DNA of 64,000 nucleotides from Azolla caroliniana (taxonomy: Eukaryota > Plantae > Polypodiophyta): the NCBI GenBank assembly GCA_043228905.1, contig JBHGNT010000005.1, forward strand, positions 22,940,001 through 23,004,000, read 5' to 3'. A program made the position numbers and the translations under genes. The notes below the pieces were generated by a model that ran no database searches, was not told the origin of the DNA, and was given only the letters and a program-made list of their open reading frames with translations. Positions within the stretch are counted from its first letter, which is position 1; each line of letters starts with the position of its first letter. Below, in pieces: positions 27,090 through 39,503 of the stretch.

Positions 27090-28095
27090 TGTCGTGAAGA
27101 TTCGTCACTAGGCGCGGATCGTGAGGTGGAACTGCCAGGGTTCTAGACCGGAAGGATTCGAAGTTTGTGCTAGGTTTAGCGAGAAGTATTTAAGATAGAT
27201 TAAGAGAGTTTGATATGGCAAGAGAGAGATACTGAAATAAAGATTTAACTCTTGATTTTAGATTTGAGAGAGAAGATACATCAACAATAGGGTTACAAGT
27301 CTCTTATTTGATCATTCAAAAATTTTACATTAGTCTTTTTCATCTTTTTCCTCCCCTCTTTTATAGATGCCCTCATGCATTTCAGGGTACAAGACATGTA
27401 TAAAATGCATGTTTTCCATTTGGCGCTCATGTATTACATGTGGTGCATGATAACCATGTCACTCATTTTAGCTCTCATGTATGAGAGTTTACATGTAAAG
27501 TTATGATGATAAAAATATAATTCTAAGAAAATGTGTTGGCTTAGTGGTAAGCTTATTGACTCTCAACTTGGAGGTGCAAGGTTCAAATCCTTACTTTTCC
27601 TCCTTGTGTATATGTATAAATAAATATTTATTTATTTATTTATCCATCTAGCCGCCGGTTGCTGGATGCTGGTTATCGTTCGGTCACCGGATGTCGGTTA
27701 TCGTCTAGTTGCCGGTTGCCGAATGCCGGTTGTCGGCTCACTGGCTCCGTTGCCGGTCCGGTTTTGGTTGGCCAAAACCTTTGCAAGTAGCCAGACCACA
27801 CCCATTCATCCAATAGCTTAGTTCAAGTCACCTTGAACTCTCTATGCTCCACACATAAACACAAAGATAATAGCTTTTGTTCTTCCTTATATATGGTGAG
27901 ATCCTTACTTGCTGTCTATGTGGGATATCTCACAACTTTATTTTTCTGTTTGTCTTTGCAAACTTCCTACCCACATAAGTTGACACTTAGATGTCCGTTT
28001 CTTATGTAGTAAAGTGCATCCAAAAGCTCCTCAAGACCTCCATCTTTTTGTAGTTTTATGTGATTTTCACACCATTGCCAAAAATCTTCACGACA
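27090..28095 (-). repeat. 5' LTR of Trp-primed gypsy
   Basis: TGTCGTG...CACGACA, adjacent to the PBS. Confidence 0.92.
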
Positions 28096-28458
28096 ACGCA
28101 TCTATATGATCTATCTCTTGCAGGAAAGATGATGTATTATGGTTCTCTTTCACATTTGTCTCCCTTCTTTACAATCGAAAAAATATATGCATAGAACTTA
28201 AGAAATTGGTCTCTCGAAATGCAAGCGATCTTCAATGTATAAAGGCTGAAATGCTCAAATGGATGGGAAAGGAAGCGCATGCATGGATAAGAGATATGTT
28301 TAATCATGCATTGCAACATGGTATGCCATATGATTAGACTACAAATTGGATCAAAGCTTTACATAAAGGTGGAGATATAAATAACGTAAACAACTATCAA
28401 ACCATCATGGTTGGCTTGTTAATGACAAAACTATTTGGATGAATGGAATTAAAGATAA

Positions 28459-30014
28459 GTGCATGGACGGAGAAAAATGGTAAGAGAGCTTATGGACAAG
28501 TTGGCTTTCAAAAACACCATAGCACCATTGATCACCTTGTTACCCTTCAAGAAAAGTTGTCTTGGAGGTAAAGGTTTATATTGTTGCTTCGTAGACTTTA
28601 AGAAAGCTTTTGATATGGTACCTCATGAGCATCTTTGGAGGCGAATAGAAGAACTCAAGGTGCCAAGTGAATATATGCTTGCAATCTCCCGAATATTTGA
28701 GAAGGTTATATGTTGTGTGCATGTGAGCGATAAACTTTTAGAATTTTTCAATAGCACTATTGGTGTTAAGAAACGATGCCCACTCTCACCAACTCTATTT
28801 GGTATGTGCATTGATGAATTGGAAGAAATGGTTGCCAAGTTTGTAAGGGAAGTTGTTGAAGAAGTTGCAATTGGGAATGTTTTCATTATGCTTTTGCTAT
28901 ATGCAGATGATGTAGTGCTTTTTGCGAATAATTTAGGAGATGTGCGAAAGCTTATGAAGGCATTCGAAAAAAATTGCATGCATACAAAAGTAAGTGTTAA
29001 TAGTTCTAAAACAAAGATTATGCTTGTGAAGAGCCAAAAAAGAGATAAGCCATGCATTATGTACAATAATGAGCCACTTGAATGTGTGGAAAGCTTCAAA
29101 TATCTTGGCCTTGAAGTTCCTTCAGATCATAGATGGAATGAAAGTGCTACACGCTGCTTAGAGGCGGGAAAGTGAGCATATTATGAATTTGAGAACACGT
29201 GTAATCGTGGAGATATTTAGTGTTGGGTCATCAAGAAATACCTTTTCGACACTTTGGTGACATCGATGCTTTTGTATGGGGTGGTAGCATCCCTAAATCT
29301 ACTTGGAAAGAGTTTGAAAATGTCCAAAAAATAGTTTATTACAAGTTAATAAACAAACACCATACATCCTCCTCCTCCTCCTTGAGACGAGATCACTTCT
29401 TCTTGAGATCATGGCCATGGAAAGGGTTGTTTAATACATGGTTAAGGTTCAAAAAAGTCTCTTACATTGACTTCCTAGAATTGCATGGAAAGCAAGCAAA
29501 AAGATCCAAAAGACGCATAAACACAAATTTTTGTGTTCTGGTTGGATGCAAATATGAAAAAGTGGTTTGGTAGATGAAATGCAACAATTTGCTTCATGAT
29601 GAATAACTAGATTCCTTTGTAAAGGAAGCCTTTTTGCAACACCAATGTATCATGACATGGGAAAAATGTGGAAGCTCACGCTTCACACATTATACCACAC
29701 ACGTTGCACCTAACTACAAAGCCATATTCTTCGTGGAACTGGGAAACTGTACACATCAATAGTTAGAGCTCATTCCGTTGTCTTCCATTTGAACCATTGC
29801 TGCCATGCGACTTAGCTCACATGCATTGCAATGTGAGACGGGGCGTTGGGGCACAAGTGATGAGAGTGGTCGACTATGCACACTTTGCCCTAAACAAGTT
29901 CGAGAGTCTGAGTATCATCAGACTTCGATACAATGCTCTGCCTTTGATAATATTCAACCATGCTTTCTACACATCTTCGACCAAGCCCAATCCTTGCATG
30001 AATTTCTCTCATGA
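28459..30014 (+). pseudogene. LINE ORF2 reverse transcriptase and C-terminal zinc finger
   Basis: ORF pieces 28459-29175 and 29805-30014 with RT and CCHC motifs; stops and frameshifts between them. Confidence 0.85.
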
Positions 30015-30133
30015 CCACAATGTGCACTCTCGATTGCAACATTCATTGGTAAAGTTCTTGAGCGTCAAGAGTCGCCACTCACTTTCACATGTATCACATG
30101 AAATGTAATATTTTTGGTCTCATAAGTCATATT

Positions 30134-32129
30134 TGTTGAGAATGATGTCCCTTTCGAATGGGCCGAATTCAAGATAAAGGAAAATGTAAATAGGTTTTGA
30201 GTCGAGCCTATTTAGGCCAGTTCTATAAATAGCCTAAAAGTTATCTAAGTATAAAGATAACTAGAGCAAACTTTATGAGGTAGTGTGTGTCGTCTTGTTT
30301 ATAGTCCAGTTGTGTGTGTATCTATGTAACTGAGTGCAGTGCGTGCGAGGTCATAGCTTCCATATCCAGAATAGACGAAGTGTTGTCGTGAAAAATCCGT
30401 CACTACGTGCAGATCATGAGGCGGAACCGCCGAGGTTCTGGACCGGAAGGATTCGAAGCTTTCACTAGCTTTAGCGAGAAAGGATTTACGATAGATTGAG
30501 AGAGATTGATATGGAGAGAGAGAGAGAGATTGAACGCTTGACTTTGGATTTGAGAGACAAGATACATTAGGATAACTTGATTTATTATTATTATTATTAA
30601 TTTCTTCCCAATTTCTTCATTTGTCCCATCTTGCGTGACCTCCATTCTTTTATAGATCCCCCATGCATATGATGCATGGGAGGGTGCGAGACATGCACGT
30701 AACACATGAAATGTATGCGATGCATGTTTGCCATGTCACTCATCCAAGCTCTCATGTATAAGATTTTACATATGAAAAGTACAATGATAAAAATATAACT
30801 CTAAAGTCACGACTTAGCTTAGTGGTAAGTCATGTGGCTCTCATGTAGGAGGTGCAAGGTTCAAAATTTTACTTACACCTAATTATGTCGTGAAAAATTT
30901 GTCACTACGTGCGGATCGTGAGGCGGAACCGCCGGGGTTCTGGATTGGAAGGATTCGAAGTTTGCACTAGCTTTAGCGAGAAAGTAATTAAGATAGATTG
31001 TAAGAGAGAGAGATTGAGATAAGATAGAACGGTTGACTTTAGATTGAGAGACTGGAGAGAGAGATTAAGATTGAACCCTTGACTTTAGATTTGAGGAACA
31101 AAATATATCATCAATTGGATAACGAATTTTCTTCTTATTAAATTCTTGATTCATACATAACTCGTTTTTCTTTTTCATCCACTCTTTTATAGATGCCCCC
31201 ATGCATATGATGCATGTGAGGGTGCAAGACATGCATGTAATGCATAAAATGCATAAGATACATGTTTGTCATTTGGCGCTCATGCATTACATGTGTTGCA
31301 TGATAACCATGTCACTCATTCAAGCTATCATGTATGAGAATTTACATGTGAAAGTATAATGATAAAAATATAACTTAAAGAAATGACTTGGCTTTTTCAT
31401 TTCACACTGAAAATCTTCAAGACACTGTGCGTCGCGATCAGCTTATTCGACCAACTCGATCGATCTTTCCGTCTGGTCCGGTTCCCCAAAACCATTTTGA
31501 ACAACTTGGCTACATCCATTCATCCAAGCTATACAACCCAACCTTTTTGTGCTCCTAACATATATAATCTTGAATCTTGATGGTGTCCTATTTATGTGGG
31601 ATATCTCATAGTTTTGTTTTCCTCTTCTTCTTCTCAAACTTTACACTCACATAACTTGACACTAAGTTGTCCATTTCACATGTAGTAAAATGCATTCGGA
31701 AGCTCTTGAAGACATCCATCTTTTCATACCAAGATATTAAACTAATATAAAATAATATCTTCACTATTATTGTTTCATATTGTGTGTGAAGAACCACACT
31801 CGATTTTGTACATTCCATGCAATTTTCACACCGTTACCGAAAATCTTCATGACTACGTGTGAGAGTGAGAGAGACACTTAGAGTGCCTCTGTTGTAACCG
31901 TCAATCGGCGAAGTGAATGAACTCAGGTCGGTGCATGTGTGTTCGTCTCGTTGTATATTTCTCTTATAGAGAGTTGTTTGGTGTTTGTGGGCACCTGTAG
32001 TTTTTACCCAATTTGGGGTTTTCCACAATATATCTTGTGCATATATATTTTTCTTGTTTCTCTCTATTTTGCTTGTTGCTCCTATTCTTCATTCGACTTG
32101 GTTGTGGCCAAGTTCATGTTTTTCTATCA
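30134..32129 (+). mobile_element. Solo LTR (copia-like) interrupted by 30384-31854
   Basis: TGTTG...CTATCA; 5-bp TSD ATATT (30129-30133, 32130-32134); TATAAATA near 30225. Confidence 0.75.
30384..31854 (-). mobile_element. Internally deleted Trp-primed gypsy relative: partial LTR (30384-30880) plus LTR (30886-31854)
   Basis: Two tandem TGTCGTGAAAAAT starts similar to the 7568/27090 LTRs; second preceded by TAATTA like the PBS-LTR spacer; ends with the shared terminal motif. Confidence 0.8.
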
Positions 32130-33505
32130 ATATTTGACCTTCGAATACGATAATCTAATCTATCTATCTATCTATCGATCTATCTAATCTCTCTCTCTAC
32201 AATTTAAGAATACAATGTATGTACCTTGGGTTCTCGAGCAAGTAGGAGGTACTTTTTTGTGGATTGATGACACCTATCAAGAAGCTTGTTCAAAAACCAA
32301 CTTTTGGTTGTCTAACTACAATCAAAGATAAACTCCGATCAAGCACATGTCGGACCTTGTGTAAAATAAGAGTAGAACCATCATGAAGATTAAGTTCTAC
32401 CTCTCCAATGCCGATGACAACACAATATTGTGTGTTGTCGACTCTTAACCGTCCTAAAATTCATAGCAGCGTGCTATTAGAATTGAGTTTGGAATGGAGT
32501 GACACGATAGGAAGATTTGAAGTGAAAAAGCCAGTTTGTAGCTACTTTTGATTCAATAACACTGTCTAGAGTAAGAATGTTCATATCAACTATTGAATTA
32601 TCCTAGGTCACATTAACAAATTTCGCCAATTGGCTAGTTTTGCTAGGAAATTTTGAAGCCATGTGATTCACCTCTTCCAACCATTTTCCTTGGTTGTTAG
32701 ATTGATCAAATCTTTGAGCTTTGTCGGTCTTAGTCTTACAAGGCTTTTCATTCAAACTTTTGGTATCTTTGCTTCTTCTAGTAATTGCAAGTTTAGGAGT
32801 CCACGAACTTGCTTAAGCTCCTAGAATTGCTTGGGCGTTGGGGGGAGCTATGACTTCAGTTGTGTTGCTGCCAATCAATCAAAATTTGCACATTCTAGGC
32901 ATCACCAATGGAGTTCTGTGCAAATGTGTTACATTGGTCATGTTCAGATAAGATGGCACTATTGGTTGTGGTATAAGTTAAATCGGTCATTGCTCGAGTT
33001 GCAAACTGTCGCCATGAATGATTTCCATGATGTCCGCAGAGTGCCCATCAAAAGTAGAGCACATGGTGCTTCATCATATCTTCATGTCTTGAGCTGAGAA
33101 TTGGGAGAGAAATCCCTCGTACGAATGATAGTATTAGAAATGCCGAGGGTGGTTTACACGAGCATCAAAGTCGAAAAAAATTGAGAGGACCGGAGTGGTT
33201 ACAGGGGAATTAGTGGGAGAAGCAAATTGAATGGTAAAGGGAAAAGACTCCAAAAGAAACTCACGTGAGGGTCCTATGAAGGATGGACGGGCGGGCGGAT
33301 GGATGGACGGGACGGGACGGGATGGGCGGGCGGGCGGCCCATGATCTCGATGGCCGGCTCCGTGTGTCGTGAAGCCGGCCGGCCAATTCTAATTTGGACT
33401 CTAGAGTGAGTGGAGGAGGGGGTTTAGAGAGAAAAGAAGCCTCTTCCTTCTTATTTAGTGACGTTCAGAAACCTTCGTGTGACTGACGCCTTTGCCGCCA
33501 AACTG

Positions 33506-33577
33506 CACACACACACACACCCACACACACACACACAGAGACACACACACACACACCCACACACACACACACACACA
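33506..33577. repeat. (CA)n microsatellite in the probable 5' UTR
   Basis: Interrupted CA run just upstream of ATG 33602. Confidence 0.9.
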
Positions 33578-33601
33578 GACGCAGAGACAGCAGGCACTGC
33601 C

Positions 33602-36600
33602 ATGGCCATGGCCATGGCCAGCAGGCGATCCGGCCTTGGCTTCTTCACTGTCTGCGCCTTCTTCCTCATCCTCTCCATCGGCCTCTTCTTGTTCCAGCGC
33701 ACATGGACGTTCCACTCCGCCCTGCGAGACGCTCAGAGCAACGCGTAAGTAAAATCTCTCTCATTCGTTCGTTCCGCCGATCTTTCCTTCGTTCCTTCCT
33801 TCATGAAGGCCTTCACGTTTCCTGTCATGGCTTGCTCTCCTTCTCTGGTCATGAAGATCTCCTCATTTCCTGTCGTTTCTTGCTTACGCGTAAGTAATCT
33901 CTCTCTCTCTCTCTCTCATTCGTTACACCGATCTTTCCATCGTTCCTTCCTCCATGAAGTTCTTCACGTTTCCTGTCATGGCTTGCTCTCCTTCTCTGGT
34001 CAAGAAGATCTCCTCATTTCCTGTCGTTTCTTGCTTACGCGTAAGTAATCGCTCTCTCTCTCTCATTCGTTCCACCGATCTTTCCGTCTTTCCTTGATTC
34101 ATGATGTTCTCCACGTTTCCTGTCATGGCTTGCTCTCCTTCTCTGGTCAAGAAGATCTCCTCATTTCCTGTCGTTTCTTGCTTACGCGTAAGTAATCGCT
34201 CTCTCTCTCTCATTCGTTCCACCGATCTTTCCGTCTTTCCTTGATTCATGAAGTTCTCCACGTTTCCTGTCATGGCTTGCTCTCCTTCTCTGGTCAAGAA
34301 GATCTCCTCATTTCCTGTCGTTTCTTGCTTACGCGTAAGTAATCGCTCTCTCTCTCTCATTCGTTCCACCGATCTTTCCGTCTTTCCTTGATTCATGATG
34401 TTCTCCACGTTTCCTGTCATGGCTTGCTCTCCTTCTCTGGTCAAGAAGATCTCCTCATTTCCTGTCGTTTCTTGCTTACGCGTAAGTAATCGCTCTCTCT
34501 CTCTCATTCGTTCCACCGATCTTTCCGTCTTTCCTTGATTCATGAAGTTCTCCACGTTTCCTGTCATGGCTTGCTCTCCTTCTCTGGTCAAGAAGATCTC
34601 CTCAGTTCCCGTCGTTTCTTGCTTACGCGTAGTAATCTCTCTCTCTCTCTCTCTCTCTCTTTCATTCGTTCCCCCGATCTTTCCTTCGTTCCTTCCTTCG
34701 TTCCTTCCTTCATGAAGTTTTTCACGTTTCTCGTCATTGCTTGCTCTCCTTCTCTGGTCAAGAAGATCTCCTCATTTCCCGTCGTTTCTTGATCCGTCTT
34801 TTCTTTGCTCAACTAGATTCCCTCCTTTCCTTTCCTTTGCTCCCTTTATTTCTTTTTCTATTTTCTGTGTATCCTTCTCGAATGGCCCGTTTCTCAGAGC
34901 TCAACTGGAGAGATCGTATGAGGATGCTCTCAACGAAGCTGCGGATTGGAGGAACAAGTATGATTCAGATGTCAAACAGGCATGCTCTTTCTTTCTTTCG
35001 GCGTTCCATTTTTTCTTTGATGCTTTTATCATCTGGTGAGAATTAGATGTCAAATATGCATGTGTTTCTTTCCTTTATCGGATGCTTCCGTCCTCCGATC
35101 ATGTTAGGTGTCAAACATGCCAATCAGCCATTTTTTATTTCTTTCTTGCTTTGATGCTTTCAGGCTCAGATTTTAAAAAGACTGTTTTTTCTATGATGTT
35201 CTGATCTGGTATATAATTCAAACACGCATGTCTTCTCTTGCCTTCTTTGAATGCTTTTAAATGTGTGCGCCTTTATTTTGCTGCTCTACTAAATAGGGCC
35301 ATGTTGTCATACCTTCTGGACCAACACATGTATATCGCAACTATCCTAAATCACATGTTCATATTTTTACCATTTGTTGGTTGTAGCGATGGTGCAAGAA
35401 ATTTTGAGCCTCTTCATTCTAGAGTCCATTTGAACATTGAACTGAGCAGAAATGTGAATTAAGTGACCAGGAAGTCAAAGACTTTGAAAGCAAAGCAAAT
35501 GATATATGAATAAAGAGAAAAACTAAATAATTTGAAAACACCATTTTTCTTTAATTTGAATCAAAGGTTTTACAAACGCCTTCAATCCAAAGGCTTTCCC
35601 TTTATACAATGTCGTTCAATATTAAGTGTCATATCCCTGTATGATAATGAAACTCACTTCACTTGCTCTCCTTTAAAATTAGTCCATATACATGCTCGTA
35701 GCTTTTATACAATAAAATATTTAAGCCAGGACTAGCCTTTTCAGGTTCCCCTAATCTTTATTTAATCTAACAAGAAGTTCCAAGTAGGTTGATTTTAGAG
35801 AAAGTGATTAGTTATGTTCCCAACAATAAAAAATACCTTACAAAGCTTGCTGTAAGAACATGTTTTCTGTGATAAGAGAAGAGTTTTTTGACATGTTTGG
35901 TTTATCATAATATGCTTATCGGTGGATTCTAGGCATCCGTTTTTTTAAATTCCTCATTTTTTAATCTAATAAATGAGCATACCTTAACACTAAAAATGTT
36001 CAAAAATTCTTCCTATCAGGCCAAAGAAGCACTGGAAGAGAAGTCCAAAACCATTGCAGCACTCCAACTGAACATTGAATCACTACGAAAGGTATAATTA
36101 GCCAGTAATATCTGTATTCATTAAAGGAGCTTGTGATTTTTTGTTTTGAGATTTTCATTCTAAATGTGTTCATCATTATTTGAAATAAGTGGTTCCAATA
36201 TTGTGCATATATGTAGCAAGTATGTTCAACTCCCAATAATTGGAAGCTTGAGCTAGGCTTGTAAGGAAATATTAGTTTAACTGTTTGATTATTTACTCAT
36301 CCATTATCTTCATTATCTTTTGAATTGATGAAAATAGCATTTCTTTGAGAAGTTACCAGATATTTTTAAGATGTGAGTAACAATAGTGGGAAGCAAGAAA
36401 CCCATGCGCCAAGAGATCAAAGGAAACATAAACATGTGTTTTATAGAAACATAAACACTTTATGCTGAAGAAGAGCACTCAATGAGTAAAGTGAGAGTGG
36501 ACCTGTGGAGAGGGTTGAGCTGTGTTAAGTGGCCATCGGTTCAGATTCATCCCACATGATTATTGAGTTAAAAGTTTGTCTTTTGTAGAGTAAAGCGGAA

Positions 36601-36811
36601 CTTGATGTAACTGTTTCCCAATTGAAGCAAGAACTTTTGAAGGAGAAACGCAAGTGTGAGATGCTATCAGGTAACAAAATGCAAGTCTTTTCGTAGATCA
36701 TATAAGATGCAAAATGTAAGCTTCATCTTACATCATATAAGAAGCTCTGCAACTCCCTTTAAATGAACTCAAACCCATTTATTTTCAGGAAAGAGACAAC
36801 ATGACTTATAA
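33602..36811 (+). CDS. Spliced gene for a 133-aa N-terminally membrane-anchored coiled-coil protein; exons 33602-33744, 34898-34979, 36020-36091, 36589-36670, 36789-36811
   Basis: All intron phases join (2,0,0,1) with AG acceptors and GT/GC/GT/GT donors, giving MAMAMASRRSGLGFFTVCAFFLILSIGLFLFQRTWTFHSALRDAQSNAAQLERSYEDALNEAADWRNKYDSDVKQAKEALEEKSKTIAALQLNIESLRKSKAELDVTVSQLKQELLKEKRKCEMLSGKRQHDL; hydrophobic anchor followed by heptads. Confidence 0.8.
33741..34790. repeat. Tandem array, about 7 x 147 bp, in intron 1
   Basis: ACGCGTAAGT recurs with GT at 33745, 33890, 34041, 34188, 34335, 34482 and (degenerate) 34629. Confidence 0.95.
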
Positions 36812-39503
36812 TATCAATGATCTTCTTTAGAGGCCCATGTAAGTTTCATGGTGATACTTCAATGTATATATTCTACTTGAATGCCAATTCTGTGGTTTTC
36901 CTTTGCAGTGGCCAAAATATTTGATAATTAATTGGGTTGAAAGGTGGGAAAATCTTGATAATCAAACGTTTCATAGAGTTACACTAATACCATTATGACT
37001 TCAAATTATGTACACCCCATAGACATCCTCAGCAACTAGGAGTTCGTAGGGGAGGTATAGTTTTAAATCTATCATACATTGGGAGTTCAAATCAAGAATA
37101 AAGTTCCAAGTTTCTATTAATTCTGTTGAAAAAAGGAATAGTATTCCTGGTATTAAACTAAAATCTTTCATAAGAGATATGGCCGAAAGCATAACTTCAT
37201 GACTCAAGTGATAAGAAGATGGTAAATTTCCAGAAGTTTGGTTTGGCTACAAGAAAAATTAAAAAAGAAAAACTTCCAAGTTACACAGGAGAAGAAATAT
37301 GAGAACTTTTTGTAGTTATTTTTGTTTTGAACTTATTGAATGGTTGAACTATTTAGCAAGTAGTGTATTTAATTTTTTTTGTGTTGTAATACCATGAGCA
37401 CACATGAACGATTATCATTTATATTACATGTAAGATTTATATGTTGAAATCCTTGCACTTAAGGTAAAAAAAACAATTGACGACATCATAGTCGAAACAT
37501 AAAATATTAGATCAATCTTTATAAACCAAGCCTTACAATGCTTAGTTGGTGCCCTTTAGGAGTGTGTCCCTTCCCACTACACCTTCCATAATATTCATAA
37601 AGCCATGCTCTTAAGGTCAGAAGCAATTGAAGACATGATAGTTGGGGTGTAATATAAAATCAATCTTTATAAAACAAGCCATACAATGCTTAGTTAGTTC
37701 TCTATAATAAACGCATTGCATCTCTTTCTACATCTTGCATAATGTACTTCTTTGTACTTTATCTCTTTGCATATTGTTTTTTGGATGTTTAGGTGTTTTT
37801 CCTTGGTTTGGTTATAATTAGAAGGGCAAACTCTAAAGCTAAATTTTGATGGGTTAAGGGTAGGATGGGAAATCGTTAATCTTAGCAATTGTGACAAACA
37901 TACAAAGACCTATGACATGTGGGAAATTCTCAAGGATTTATCTTTCAAAACTCAATTGCTAGAAACAATTCTCGATGCTTGGACTTAAAACATCGTTGGT
38001 GTGTAAATTGTAATCTTTAAACATCCCAAGCATTTTTCACCCAACCATTTTGAGCTTGCTTCTCTGTTTCCCAAAGCAGTGAGCACCACAAGTGTGCTTT
38101 TTTCTACTAATCTTGACCTAACAATTTTGACCATCTTCATTACAAGATGCATACAACCTTCCTCAACGCGGGGAAATCATAGGATTTTGAAGAACCATAT
38201 TGGAGAAATTTTCTTTCTTTAATATGCTTTGATAATCATTAGCTCAACATAAGAGTTAATTGCATAAAGTTTGACCTCATTGCTTGTTGAAGTTCCTTAA
38301 AAGATTTAAGTTGCATTCCCTATTCTTAACCCTAAACCCTTCCCTACCACCTTGCTTTAGTGATCTTCTAGTTTTATACAATTCATTAGAGATGATGGAG
38401 AGAATGATTTGTGGAAGCTTTTGATGGAGAGAATTATTGGGCCATTGTCACATGTGTGAAATACAATATTTGATAGCATATAATAAAAAATCACATTAAA
38501 AACAAAAAATTAAAGAATAGATTGAAATATGTATGTGTACTAGATTGATAACTCAATGACCTTGGTAGAACGCGATCCTAAAGTTTAAATGTGATCATGT
38601 ACACTTTGCACACTTCATTACATAATAAAGAATTTTGACAAATTCAAATGTAATAGGAAACCTCACACAAGTTGTGAAAAAGCAATTGCAAACTTTAATT
38701 CTTGATTTTAATAATAATTGCATGGAGCCAAGATGATAATAATTGACATAACTTTTAGGCAAAAATTGTCAAGTCATGCAAACCATTTCAATAATTGGCA
38801 AGAAAGTATGGCTTTTTTCATGAATTACTTGAACCACCACTGTAAGGTTTATTGGGATTTGTATACTTAACTATGTAGGCACACAAGTTATATCAATCTT
38901 AATTTGTTAGTTACAATCAAATGAACAAAGGTTGGTCAGCATCCGATATAATTATACAAGTTTCATTGTTGAAAACATCAATGATAAGCAACAATTAAGG
39001 TTTTGATCCTTGATTATAAATTTAATGGACATATCATTGAAATATGGGGAGAAATAATGATATGTTGTTTTATTGTATTCATACGCCAGAACTAGTGTAC
39101 TTACATAATATGTTAAATCACATTCATATGGCAGTTTTATAGTATATGCCACATAAACATGGTTCTTGGAATACACAACATTAGGGTGGCTTGGTAAAAA
39201 CAAATTTTGTCATCAACAAAGATTACAATCATAGAATGTAATATTCACATTCTTATGCTCAAACATACGTTTGCAAACAAATGCGTATTTTTCTTTTTTT
39301 GACATTTAAAAAAAAATTCTCACCTTTTTGCCTTGAAAAAGTTTTACCCTATAGAAACAATAGATACAAGAGTATGGTATTTACCATACTTCGAGGGTGT
39401 TTACCATACTTGAATGATAGAAACATACTCGAATGTCAATGCACGTATGGTATGCATGGTTCAAATTATGTGTAAATAATTAACTAGAGTGCATAGATTA
39501 GAG

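Larger units (their letters stand above)
7568..28095 (-). mobile_element. Degenerate Ty3/gypsy LTR retrotransposon (no chromodomain seen, PBS tRNA-Trp) with nested insertions
   Basis: About 1-kb LTRs 7568-8578 and 27090-28095 (TGTCGTG...CACGACA); 4-bp TSD ACGC; PBS TGGTGAACCTGACGTG at 27066-27081; PPT next to 8579. Confidence 0.93.
28170..32190 (+). mobile_element. 5'-truncated RTE/RTEX-like LINE, 3' end interrupted by a solo LTR
   Basis: FVDFKKAFD, GVKKRCPLSPTLF, LLYADD, FKYLG; C-terminal RLSSHALQCETGR...CTLC...H...C; (TATC)n tail at about 32157-32185. 5' end approximate. Confidence 0.85.

Noticed and set aside
33458-33748. 96-aa single-exon ORF
   Set aside because: Starts in the (CA)n UTR; its stop lies inside the GTAAGT donor; it is exon 1 of the spliced gene.
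33923-34591. 222-aa repeat ORF on the minus strand
   Set aside because: By-product of a 147-bp (49-codon) tandem unit antisense to an intron.
33741-34790. CRISPR-like array with palindromic repeat
   Set aside because: Whole 147-bp units are repeated with no unique spacers, no cas genes, and it lies in a eukaryotic intron.
37000-39480. Short ORFs in the AT-rich region (also 44500-45700)
   Set aside because: No motifs or consistent splice structure found; treated as intergenic.
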